From Deinococcales bacterium (GTDB taxonomy: Bacteria; Deinococcota; Deinococci; Deinococcales; JAAFIG01), in the NCBI GenBank assembly GCA_031414595.1, contig JANNVX010000080.1, positions 1 to 15,307 on the forward strand: a stretch of DNA of 15,307 bases, written 5' to 3'. The position numbers were made by a program, and so were the translations under genes. Numbering within the stretch: the first letter of the stretch is position 1; each line of letters begins with the position of its first letter. This document shows positions 8,156-15,307 of the stretch, one piece after another. The notes below the pieces were generated by a model. It ran no database searches. It had not been told where the DNA came from and saw only the letters and a program-made list of their open reading frames with translations.

Positions 8156-8914
8156 TTATTCTTTTGGGTGGGCTTGAACATCTATGATTTTATCGTCTTC
8201 ATTCTCGTCGTCTTCAAAATCTTCATCTTCAAGGTCATCTTCGTCTGTGTACTCCAAATCATCCAAGAAACCCATACCGCCGCCCATAATGACATTGTAA
8301 TTTCCAGCCCCGACACTGCGGTTTAAGGTACTCATGACTTTATTGACATTATCGTAAGGTCCGCTGATAAAAAATGGTTTGCCATCTTCGCCGCCAGTTG
8401 GAATGTCGTCCAAACAGTTTTCAGGGTGCGCTTCGCCAATTAAACGCATGGCTTTACGGGCATCTTTGTGGGGTTCAAAACCTAGCCCTCGAGCATAGGC
8501 TATGGCGGTTTGAATCATTTTGCTGCCAAAATCTAAGCTGCAAGGTTGGATAGGTTCGGTTGACGCAATCGCCTCGAGTAATTCGTTCTTAAATTCAAAT
8601 TCAGAACTAAAGCCCCTTGAATAGGCATCTTTAATACCCAAGCAACCAAGGTCAATTAAGAATAAGCCCACTCCAACAATACCCGCCGCATTTTGACGAG
8701 CAATCACCAATTGCTTGAGATTTGTGTGGTTCTGCCAGTCCGCGTTAATCCAACAACCGAGCAACGACCAAGAACTCGCTCCCGAAATATTGATTTGGTC
8801 TGATTGAACAACACCTATAACGCGGTCTTTTTTGGCTTTTTCTTTTTCCTTACGGGCATCACGCCGAGCTTGTTTTGCCAGTGCCTTCTCGAGTTTGGCT
8901 GGGTCTTTAGACAT
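8156..8914 (-). CDS. Hypothetical protein with basic N-terminus and acidic C-terminal tail
   Basis: Long ORF with a globular-looking core (FLIDLGCLGIKDA, DGKPFFISGPYDN). Start probably ATG at 8914 (TGtTATAGT 7 nt upstream). Its stop abuts the convergent methyltransferase stop. Confidence 0.8.
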   Translation of the reverse strand: MSKDPAKLEKALAKQARRDARKEKEKAKKDRVIGVVQSDQINISGASSWSLLGCWINADWQNHTNLKQLVIARQNAAGIVGVGLFLIDLGCLGIKDAYSRGFSSEFEFKNELLEAIASTEPIQPCSLDFGSKMIQTAIAYARGLGFEPHKDARKAMRLIGEAHPENCLDDIPTGGEDGKPFFISGPYDNVNKVMSTLNRSVGAGNYNVIMGGGMGFLDDLEYTDEDDLEDEDFEDDENEDDKIIDVQAHPKE

Positions 8915-8989
8915 GTAGACCACTATAACAATTTATGGGCGATAGCCGCTTGTCATTATTTTGCGTTCATCTGGTGCTAATTTAATTTT

Positions 8990-10384
8990 GTGCTAACCAA
9001 TCGATGGCAAAAAATCTTTGCTTGGAAGCCTGTTAAGCGGCTGCAAGGATATGTGTCGCCACTCGAGAAATTCGAGCCACTTCCATGGCGGGTGTTAATC
9101 GCTGTGCTGCTGGCGTTTGCTTTGGTGGTTTCACCCGTTGTCTTTGAATCTATTCCTGTGCTGCTGAGCATTTTGATACTGGCGGGGCTAGGGGCGGTTA
9201 ATGCTAAGGTGCGGGCTTTGGGTTTGGCTTTTATTGGTATTCCAGCCCTGTTTGCCTTGCTTTTTCAGAGCGGAGTAGCCACCGATAAAAGTTGGGCGGC
9301 GCTGCTGGCGATGCTCGAGTTTTATGCGCTCGAGCAACTGATTTGGGGATTAGAAGAAGAAACGCCGCAACCTTGGCGAGCTTCTGCTTTGCTTTGGCTT
9401 TTAATGCCGAGTGCCTTGGGTTTATTGGGTATTTTACTGCTGATGCTCCTTTCTAATGCTAAGTGGCAAAGAAGTCTGTCTTTGGCTCGAGTTGCACAAA
9501 AACAATCCTTGTGTCAGCATTGGGTTTTTATCGTGCTGGGCTTGGTTTTGCTGGCTGGACTGAGTTCGTTTTTACCATTGCCAAATACACAAGGCATAAA
9601 CCCACCTAGCCTGCCAACGCTTTCATTCTCGAGTGGGATTAAAAACCTTAGTCGCAATGACCCACCTCCACCAGATATTGTGGCTGTACCAGCTAATCCT
9701 CAAGTGCGCGATTCTAAGAATGCAAATTGGACGAGTGGAATGGGTTTGACCTTGGTTCTGATGCTGGCTTACTTTTTTTATGTGCAGAAGGTTCTTCGTA
9801 ACGCACCTGCTCGAGCCAAAAAACCAAAACAATCAAACCAGAATTGGGTCTGGTTACTGCTGTTTATCCTCACGGGTGCGGTACTGGTTTTTATTCTTTT
9901 TGGTTTAACTAACCCAAGCAATCAAATTCTGGTACAAGTTGACTCGAGCCAAACGGGTCTGTTGGCATTGTTGTTCTTTTTAGGCTTATTTGTTTTGTGG
10001 CGACTAAAACCTAAACGTGGTCTGGAAAAATCCGAAAAATCACCAAGCCATGATTCCGACTTCGAGCAGTTGCGCTATTTAGCCCCAAAAGATGCCGTTC
10101 GAGCCGCTTATTTTAGATGGTTGGTGTTGCTCCGTGACCTCGAGATTCGCCGCAGTCCAACCCAAACGCCACTTGAATTTCAGGGTCTGGTACGGATTTT
10201 ACATCCTCAATTGGCAGCCCAAACCCAAACCTTAACCGAGGCATACCAGCGTGTGCGGTATGGCACAACCCCTAGTCTGGATGAACTCGAGACGGTGTTA
10301 GAAGCCCTTCTCGTTTGGCAAAATCATGTTGCCACAATTTTGCCGCTTGATGTTACGCCGCAAATGGTAAGTTCTGCCTCGTGA
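8990..10384 (+). CDS. DUF4129-domain multi-pass membrane protein (paralog 1)
   Basis: Many TM segments and a Pro-rich linker; C-terminal VRAAY...TPLEF...LTEAYQRVRYG signature. Confidence 0.85.
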   Translation: MLTNRWQKIFAWKPVKRLQGYVSPLEKFEPLPWRVLIAVLLAFALVVSPVVFESIPVLLSILILAGLGAVNAKVRALGLAFIGIPALFALLFQSGVATDKSWAALLAMLEFYALEQLIWGLEEETPQPWRASALLWLLMPSALGLLGILLLMLLSNAKWQRSLSLARVAQKQSLCQHWVFIVLGLVLLAGLSSFLPLPNTQGINPPSLPTLSFSSGIKNLSRNDPPPPDIVAVPANPQVRDSKNANWTSGMGLTLVLMLAYFFYVQKVLRNAPARAKKPKQSNQNWVWLLLFILTGAVLVFILFGLTNPSNQILVQVDSSQTGLLALLFFLGLFVLWRLKPKRGLEKSEKSPSHDSDFEQLRYLAPKDAVRAAYFRWLVLLRDLEIRRSPTQTPLEFQGLVRILHPQLAAQTQTLTEAYQRVRYGTTPSLDELETVLEALLVWQNHVATILPLDVTPQMVSSAS

Positions 10385-11763
10385 CCAGCACTGCCCAGCC
10401 AATCAGCACCGAACCAAAAAACCTGATGGCATTGTTGTGTCTTATCTTAGCTGTTCTCCCGTGGATAGAAACCATTTCTTGGATTCCCGCACTGGCAGCC
10501 GCTTTATTTGCATGGTTGGCTCGAGTTGCCAAAGGCTCGCGGCAATATGCAGCGTTCTCGAGTGTCTATGCAGCCGCGATTGTGTTTTTACTGCCACCAT
10601 TTGATTTTAGCAGTGCTATTTTTAATCGGCTTGAACCTTTTTTTATCACACTGGCTCTTAGTTATCTGCTGGGCATGGCTTTGGATGGTATTCAAGACAG
10701 TACCCCTTGGGCATGGCTCGCGCCGTTGTTGCTGCTTATTTTTATGCCAAATGTTCTTGGTTTGATGGCCACTTTCGGACTGGCACTGCTGGCAGCCTTG
10801 GAAAAACAACAACGGTACATCGGTCAAAATCCGTATCATCTCGAGTCTCAAACCTTACTTAAATTAACGGCGCTGGCACTGACAATTGCTGCCTTAGGAT
10901 TTTTATTACCCAAACCACAAATCTTCCAAGACCCCACGGGCGGCAAACCAATCAGTACAGAGCAACCCGCCCAACCCAAAGAACAACCTAAATCTGGAAT
11001 ACAAGCCACCAATAACCAGCCAATGAAAATTCCTGACACGAAACGCCTCGAGTCAAGCAGCGATGCACTTTTTCAAGCCACAAATGCAGTTTTATTGGCT
11101 GGCGTAATCATTTTAGCCGCCTTTTTATTCAATGCTAAACTCGAGCAGCGTAAAAAAACAGGGCAGAATTCACTCTGGGATTTTATGCCGATTATTGCTG
11201 GGGTTATTCTCGCCATTGCGGTACTCGCCTTGGCACTCAATGCCCCAAACGGTGGTTCAAACCCAAGCATCAGTAACAGTTCGTCTTTATCGGGTGGCTC
11301 GAGTGAATCAGGTCAAGCGGGGCAACTGCAACCAGAAGAAACGGCTGGGCAAAAACCAAGCCAAACTTCCTTTTGGATTCCAATTATTTTAACCGCCATT
11401 GGCTTATTTTTTGCCTACCTGATTTGGCGCAGTGCCAGAAAACAATTTTTAATCACCCCAGAACTCGAGCCAGAAGATAAACTTTTCTCGAGTAGCCCAA
11501 GTCAGCACGCCACCAACCGTGTCCGAGTCGCCTATCAAGCCTTTCTCGAGTACGCCCAAACTCAGGGTATCCCACGCCATAATGCCGAAACCCCACTTGA
11601 ATTTGCGGTGCGCTACAGTCAAATCAACTCGAGAACCCAAGTCACCACCATCACCCTGACCAATTTGTATGAACCTGTGCGGTACGGCAATCAAGCTGCC
11701 GAAACCCATGCCGTAGCTGCTGAACAAGCCCTTGAGAACATCATCAGCCATAAAAAACCGTAG
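10381..11763 (+). CDS. DUF4129-domain multi-pass membrane protein (paralog 2)
   Basis: GTGA overlap with the previous gene; C-terminal VRVAY...ETPLEF...LTNLYEPVRYG; Ser/Gly- and Pro/Gln-rich linkers. Confidence 0.85.
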   Translation: MTSTAQPISTEPKNLMALLCLILAVLPWIETISWIPALAAALFAWLARVAKGSRQYAAFSSVYAAAIVFLLPPFDFSSAIFNRLEPFFITLALSYLLGMALDGIQDSTPWAWLAPLLLLIFMPNVLGLMATFGLALLAALEKQQRYIGQNPYHLESQTLLKLTALALTIAALGFLLPKPQIFQDPTGGKPISTEQPAQPKEQPKSGIQATNNQPMKIPDTKRLESSSDALFQATNAVLLAGVIILAAFLFNAKLEQRKKTGQNSLWDFMPIIAGVILAIAVLALALNAPNGGSNPSISNSSSLSGGSSESGQAGQLQPEETAGQKPSQTSFWIPIILTAIGLFFAYLIWRSARKQFLITPELEPEDKLFSSSPSQHATNRVRVAYQAFLEYAQTQGIPRHNAETPLEFAVRYSQINSRTQVTTITLTNLYEPVRYGNQAAETHAVAAEQALENIISHKKP

Positions 11764-11864
11764 GGCGAGGCTTGCCTCACCCAACCACACCAAAGCCCTC
11801 AAGGATTTTTAGGAATCAAATCAAAATTGTGAATTATAGGACAGACACAGGGGTCTGTCCCTAC
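11760..11864. repeat. Pair of inward-facing GTAG-type REP-like elements
   Basis: GTAG-GGCGAGGC-TT-GCCTCACC (11760-11782, +) and GTAG-GGACAGAC-CCCTGT-GTCTGTCC (11864-11839, -). Confidence 0.6.
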
Positions 11865-11881
11865 GAAAAGGACGGGGAATA

Positions 11882-12814
11882 ATGATTAAAGACTTTGCAA
11901 ATCGGATTAAACAAAATGTAGCCAAAGTGATTGTTGGCAGGGATGCCACCCTCGAGATTACCTTGGCGGCGATTCTGGCAGGTGGTCATGTGCTGCTCGA
12001 GGACGTGCCGGGTACGGGTAAAACGATGTTGGCTCGCGCCTTGGCGGTGTCGCTGGGGCTTGGTTTTAAGCGGGTGCAGTTCACCCCAGACTTACTGCCT
12101 TCGGATGTGACTGGGGTCAGTGTCTATAAAGGGGCTGGGTTTGAATTTATCGAAGGTCCTGTGTTTACCAATTTACTTCTGGCAGACGAAATTAACCGCG
12201 CCACCCCAAAAACCCAATCGGCGCTGCTCGAGGCAATGGCAGAAGGACAGGTCAGCGCAGATGGCGAAACACGCAGCTTGCCTAAACCTTTTATTGTGAT
12301 TGCCACCCAAAACCCAGTGGAAATGGATGGCACATACCGACTGCCAGAAGCCCAATTGGACAGGTTCTTGGTGCGCTGTACAATTGGTTATCCGAGCGCC
12401 GAAGAAGAACTCGAGGTGCTGCATCGTTTGCGTGGGGTGCATCCGATTCATTTGCTTGGTACGGTTTCAAGCGCCGCAGAATTACTCGAGGCACAAAGCA
12501 AGAGCCGTGAAGTCCATCTCGAGCCAGAATTGCGCGAGTACATTGTGCGCTTGGTTCATGCGACAAGGGGCTTGTCTGAGGTATATTTGGGCGCGTCACC
12601 TCGAGCCAGCCTAGCACTGCAAGGCATTGCCCAAGGTTTAGCCAGTATCGCGGGGCGCAGTTTTGTTCTGCCCGACGATATTAAACGTGCAGCGATACCA
12701 GTTTTATCACACCGCCTGATGCTTCGCGCCGAAGCGCGACTTCGTGGCGTGACTGCCGAAGGGCTGGTTAAAGAACTCTTGGCTCGAGTGCCAGTTCCAG
12801 TCGAAAGTATATGA
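11882..12814 (+). CDS. MoxR-family AAA+ ATPase
   Basis: GHVLLEDVPGTGKT, RVQFTPDLLPSD, LLADEINRA.PKTQSALLEAM, ATQNP.E.DGTY.LPEAQLDRF. Confidence 0.97.
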   Translation: MIKDFANRIKQNVAKVIVGRDATLEITLAAILAGGHVLLEDVPGTGKTMLARALAVSLGLGFKRVQFTPDLLPSDVTGVSVYKGAGFEFIEGPVFTNLLLADEINRATPKTQSALLEAMAEGQVSADGETRSLPKPFIVIATQNPVEMDGTYRLPEAQLDRFLVRCTIGYPSAEEELEVLHRLRGVHPIHLLGTVSSAAELLEAQSKSREVHLEPELREYIVRLVHATRGLSEVYLGASPRASLALQGIAQGLASIAGRSFVLPDDIKRAAIPVLSHRLMLRAEARLRGVTAEGLVKELLARVPVPVESI

Positions 12815-13356
12815 CCCACGTCTGTTTACTGGTTTTACTTTTGGTTTCGTCTGCTTTGGCATTGCCTCAAAATCAACTGCTGCCAGCCCGTCATGCGATG
12901 ATGCGAATTTTTCGAGGTGACATCAACAACGATGGACGAAGCGATTTGATTGTCTTAGCGCGGTCTTGGGATGAAGCTGCAAACCCTGACACCCCCCGCC
13001 CAATGCTGATTTTTTTGCGAAATACCCAAGGACATTTGCAGCGCGTGGCTCGAGCCAATACTGTGGTTCGTTGTGCGGCTTGCTCTGGTGTGGCAGGCAA
13101 TGCTTGGGCAAGAAAAGACAAAAATTTGGCTCGGATTATCCTCGAGCCAAATGGGTTTTCTGTCCTCGAGTTTGTCGGTTCAGGTTGGCGCGGTTGGAGC
13201 AAAGTCTCATTTCGTTTTATAAAAGGGCGGTTTCGACTCTCGAGTTGTGAACAAAAAACCTTTCATGTGGGTCATATTTTTGCGCCTGTTATTGCTCGAG
13301 TTACACCAAAACCCGTGCTGCTCGAGGCGTTTAAGTCTTCAGATTGTTGGCGCTAA
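12811..13356 (+). CDS. Putative secreted protein with FG-GAP/VCBS-like Ca-binding motif
   Basis: Signal-peptide-like N-terminus, GDINNDGRSDLIV, CAAC; ATGA overlap with the MoxR gene. Confidence 0.7.
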   Translation: MTHVCLLVLLLVSSALALPQNQLLPARHAMMRIFRGDINNDGRSDLIVLARSWDEAANPDTPRPMLIFLRNTQGHLQRVARANTVVRCAACSGVAGNAWARKDKNLARIILEPNGFSVLEFVGSGWRGWSKVSFRFIKGRFRLSSCEQKTFHVGHIFAPVIARVTPKPVLLEAFKSSDCWR

Positions 13357-13417
13357 AAAGCCATTGACCAAATCTGGTATGTTATAACCTGTGAATAGGG
13401 AATCGAGTTGATTTTGA

Positions 13418-14536
13418 ATGATCCAGAGAATTTATATCAATAATTTTAAGTGCTTTGAGAATTTTGAAATCAAAATGGAGGAGCTTTCATCTATTTTGAT
13501 GATTGGAAGGAACGGTTCAGGTAAAACCTCTTTTTTGCAGGCGATTGAACTATTTCAAAAGATTGGACGAGGGATTAACCGTGTTGGCGAGCTAATTGGT
13601 GTTCAAGATTTTTCCTACGGTCGTACTGAAACACCAATGCGTTTTGAATGTGATTTTCTGATTGATAAAAAACTCTATAAGTACACAATCGTCTTTGAAT
13701 TGCCCAAAAAATTTGACGAGCCACGAATTAAAGAAGAGGGACTACAGTTAGATGATCGGGTCATCTACTCGAGAAATGCGGCTCAAATTTTGCTGAGTAA
13801 AAATTCAGAATCCAATGCAACGCAATTTTCTCTTGACTGGCATTTGATTGCCTTGCCAGTCATCCATCAACAATCTAGCCATGATCCAATTTCTGTACTC
13901 AAGACATGGTTGTCTCGAATGATTATTTTAGCACCGATTGCAAAGTTAATGGATGGTAATTCAACGGGTACAACACTTGAACCGAATCGAGATGGGACTA
14001 ATTTTGGCGAGTGGTTTACGGGTTTACTTGGACAGTATCCTGCCGCTTATGCAACGATGATGAGCCACCTCAAGGGCATCATGTCTGATATTACTGATTT
14101 TACGATTGAACCAATTGGTAAAAACGCCAAGTCGCTCAATGTTCGATTCTCGGTAGACGAAAAAAATTATTTCAGTACCGAATTTGCTCAACTCTCCGAC
14201 GGTGAAAAATGCTTTTTTTTGTGCGCTTTGGTGCTTGCTGCCAATAAGCATTACGGACCGTTATTTTGTTTTTGGGATGAACCAGACAACTACCTTGCTA
14301 TTTCCGAAGTTGGTTTTTTTGTTTCTGCTCTGCGCCGCTCATTTCAAAATGGTGGACAGGTTTTTATAACATCGCATAATTCAGAAGCCATCCAGAAATT
14401 TTCCGACCATAATACCTTTGTTTTTGAGCGCAGTAGCCATCTTGAGCCAACTCGAGTTAAAATGCTAAGTGAGTTTCAAATTTCAGGTAGTCTGGTGAAT
14501 GCTTTGATACTTGGTGATGAGTGTCAACAAGTATAG
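13418..14536 (+). CDS. ABC-type (AAA_21/AAA_15-like) ATPase
   Basis: MIQRIYINNFKCF, Walker A GRNGSGKT, signature LSDGEK, Walker B CFWDEPD, H-loop TSHN; no TM segments. Confidence 0.9.
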   Translation: MIQRIYINNFKCFENFEIKMEELSSILMIGRNGSGKTSFLQAIELFQKIGRGINRVGELIGVQDFSYGRTETPMRFECDFLIDKKLYKYTIVFELPKKFDEPRIKEEGLQLDDRVIYSRNAAQILLSKNSESNATQFSLDWHLIALPVIHQQSSHDPISVLKTWLSRMIILAPIAKLMDGNSTGTTLEPNRDGTNFGEWFTGLLGQYPAAYATMMSHLKGIMSDITDFTIEPIGKNAKSLNVRFSVDEKNYFSTEFAQLSDGEKCFFLCALVLAANKHYGPLFCFWDEPDNYLAISEVGFFVSALRRSFQNGGQVFITSHNSEAIQKFSDHNTFVFERSSHLEPTRVKMLSEFQISGSLVNALILGDECQQV

Positions 14537-14999
14537 ACCGCATATTCTTGTTTTGCCAGAAGATGAGGCTACCCGTCAGATGGCAAACGGTTTTTACCAA
14601 AACATCCCCGACCAACGTTACACTCAGATTTTGCCAGTGGCGGGTGGCTGTGACCATGTTGTGGACTGTTTCAAAAGCGACTATATGTCGAGTATGACAG
14701 CCTATGAATATCGACATTTTGTTCTGGTAATTGATTTTGACAAAAGACCAAACCGTTTACAGCACATAAAAGACCAAATTGACCCAAATGTTTTGGCTCG
14801 AGTTTTTATTCTAGGTGCATCTCTCGAGGCTGAGGATTTACGACGCAGTGTTGGAGCAAACCTCGAAACCATCGGGCAACTACTCGCCCAAGACTGCCAG
14901 AATCAGACCAGGAATATCTGGGGAAATGCCCTTTTTGAAACTTTGCAAGATGAAATTGAGCGTGCCAAAAAAATACTGCGACCACTTATTTTCTCCTAA
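14517..14999 (+). CDS. TOPRIM-like putative nuclease partner of the ATPase
   Basis: MSVNKYRPHILVLPED (Glu after the first strand), AGG turn, VLVIDFD (DxD); overlaps the ATPase 3' end by 20 nt. Confidence 0.7.
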   Translation: MSVNKYRPHILVLPEDEATRQMANGFYQNIPDQRYTQILPVAGGCDHVVDCFKSDYMSSMTAYEYRHFVLVIDFDKRPNRLQHIKDQIDPNVLARVFILGASLEAEDLRRSVGANLETIGQLLAQDCQNQTRNIWGNALFETLQDEIERAKKILRPLIFS

Positions 15000-15054
15000 C
15001 CATCCGCTTGAGCATATCTGGTCTCGAGCCAATTTATTTGATGCTGCACTTACT

Positions 15055-15168
15055 CTAAACCCAACTGCTGAGACTGTATTGTTGCTGTAAATTTTGATAG
15101 ACCACCGCTTCAGCTACACGCAACACACTGCCAAGTTTGACCTTGATACAAACACGGTAATTCAAGCC
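15055..15168 (-). pseudogene. C-terminal fragment of a probable cystatin-like protease inhibitor, IS-interrupted
   Basis: Manual translation GLNYRVCIKVKLGSVLRVAEAVVYQNLQQQYSLSSWV*. It resembles the part following QxVAG (G.NY) in cystatin domains and begins exactly at the IS3 end. Confidence 0.5.
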
Positions 15169-15307
15169 TGGAAAGAGTACACTTTCGTGGACATGAAGGT
15201 CGGTTTCAAAATGAAATCGGAGACTATGATGTCAAAGCAAATGAAAACATATACCCTAGAATTTAAGCAACAAGCCATAAAGCTCGCCCAGCAAGAGGGA
15301 ATGAGCA
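15169..15307 (+). mobile_element. IS3-family insertion sequence, left end
   Basis: TG-initiated putative IRL TGGAAAGAGTACACTTTCGTGGACA (15169-15193) followed by an OrfA-like start. Confidence 0.65.
15229..15307 (+). CDS. IS3-family transposase OrfA (HTH_Tnp_1), N-terminal part, truncated by window edge
   Basis: MSKQMKTYTLEFKQQAIKLAQQEGMS matches the 'Y..EFK..AV.L' OrfA start; GGAG lies 6 nt upstream. Confidence 0.8.
   Translation, partial: MSKQMKTYTLEFKQQAIKLAQQEGMS

Noticed and set aside
13364-13390. TTGACC...TATAAC as a -35/-10 promoter for the ATPase
   Set aside because: Spacing is only 13 bp. An extended -10 (TGtTATAAC) is possible but too weakly supported to list.
14815-15090. 91-aa plus-strand ORF after the TOPRIM-like gene
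   Set aside because: Mostly an out-of-frame overlap with 14517..14999 and lacks motifs; not supported as a third system component.

Overview
Bacterial chromosomal segment, most likely Deinococcota (S12/S7/EF-G sequence style, -10 hexamers abutting start codons). Each end runs into a partial IS element that appears to have interrupted a gene. On the left, an IS630-like element sits in a metallophosphoesterase gene; on the right, an IS3-like element sits in a probable cystatin-domain gene. The core is an atypical str operon (rpsL-rpsG-fusA). It has a ~340-bp structured rpsG-fusA spacer with an unannotated 38-codon ORF behind a perfect SD. No tuf follows fusA; instead there is a terminator and a HEPN-domain two-gene module. 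Other genes: a FadF-like Fe-S oxidoreductase, an RsmC-like methyltransferase, a hypothetical protein, two tandem DUF4129 membrane proteins + MoxR ATPase + a secreted protein, and an AT-richer ABC-type ATPase + TOPRIM-like pair (candidate defence system). The palindrome CTCGAG occurs about 88 times by manual count (about 4 expected), a HIP1-like signature.
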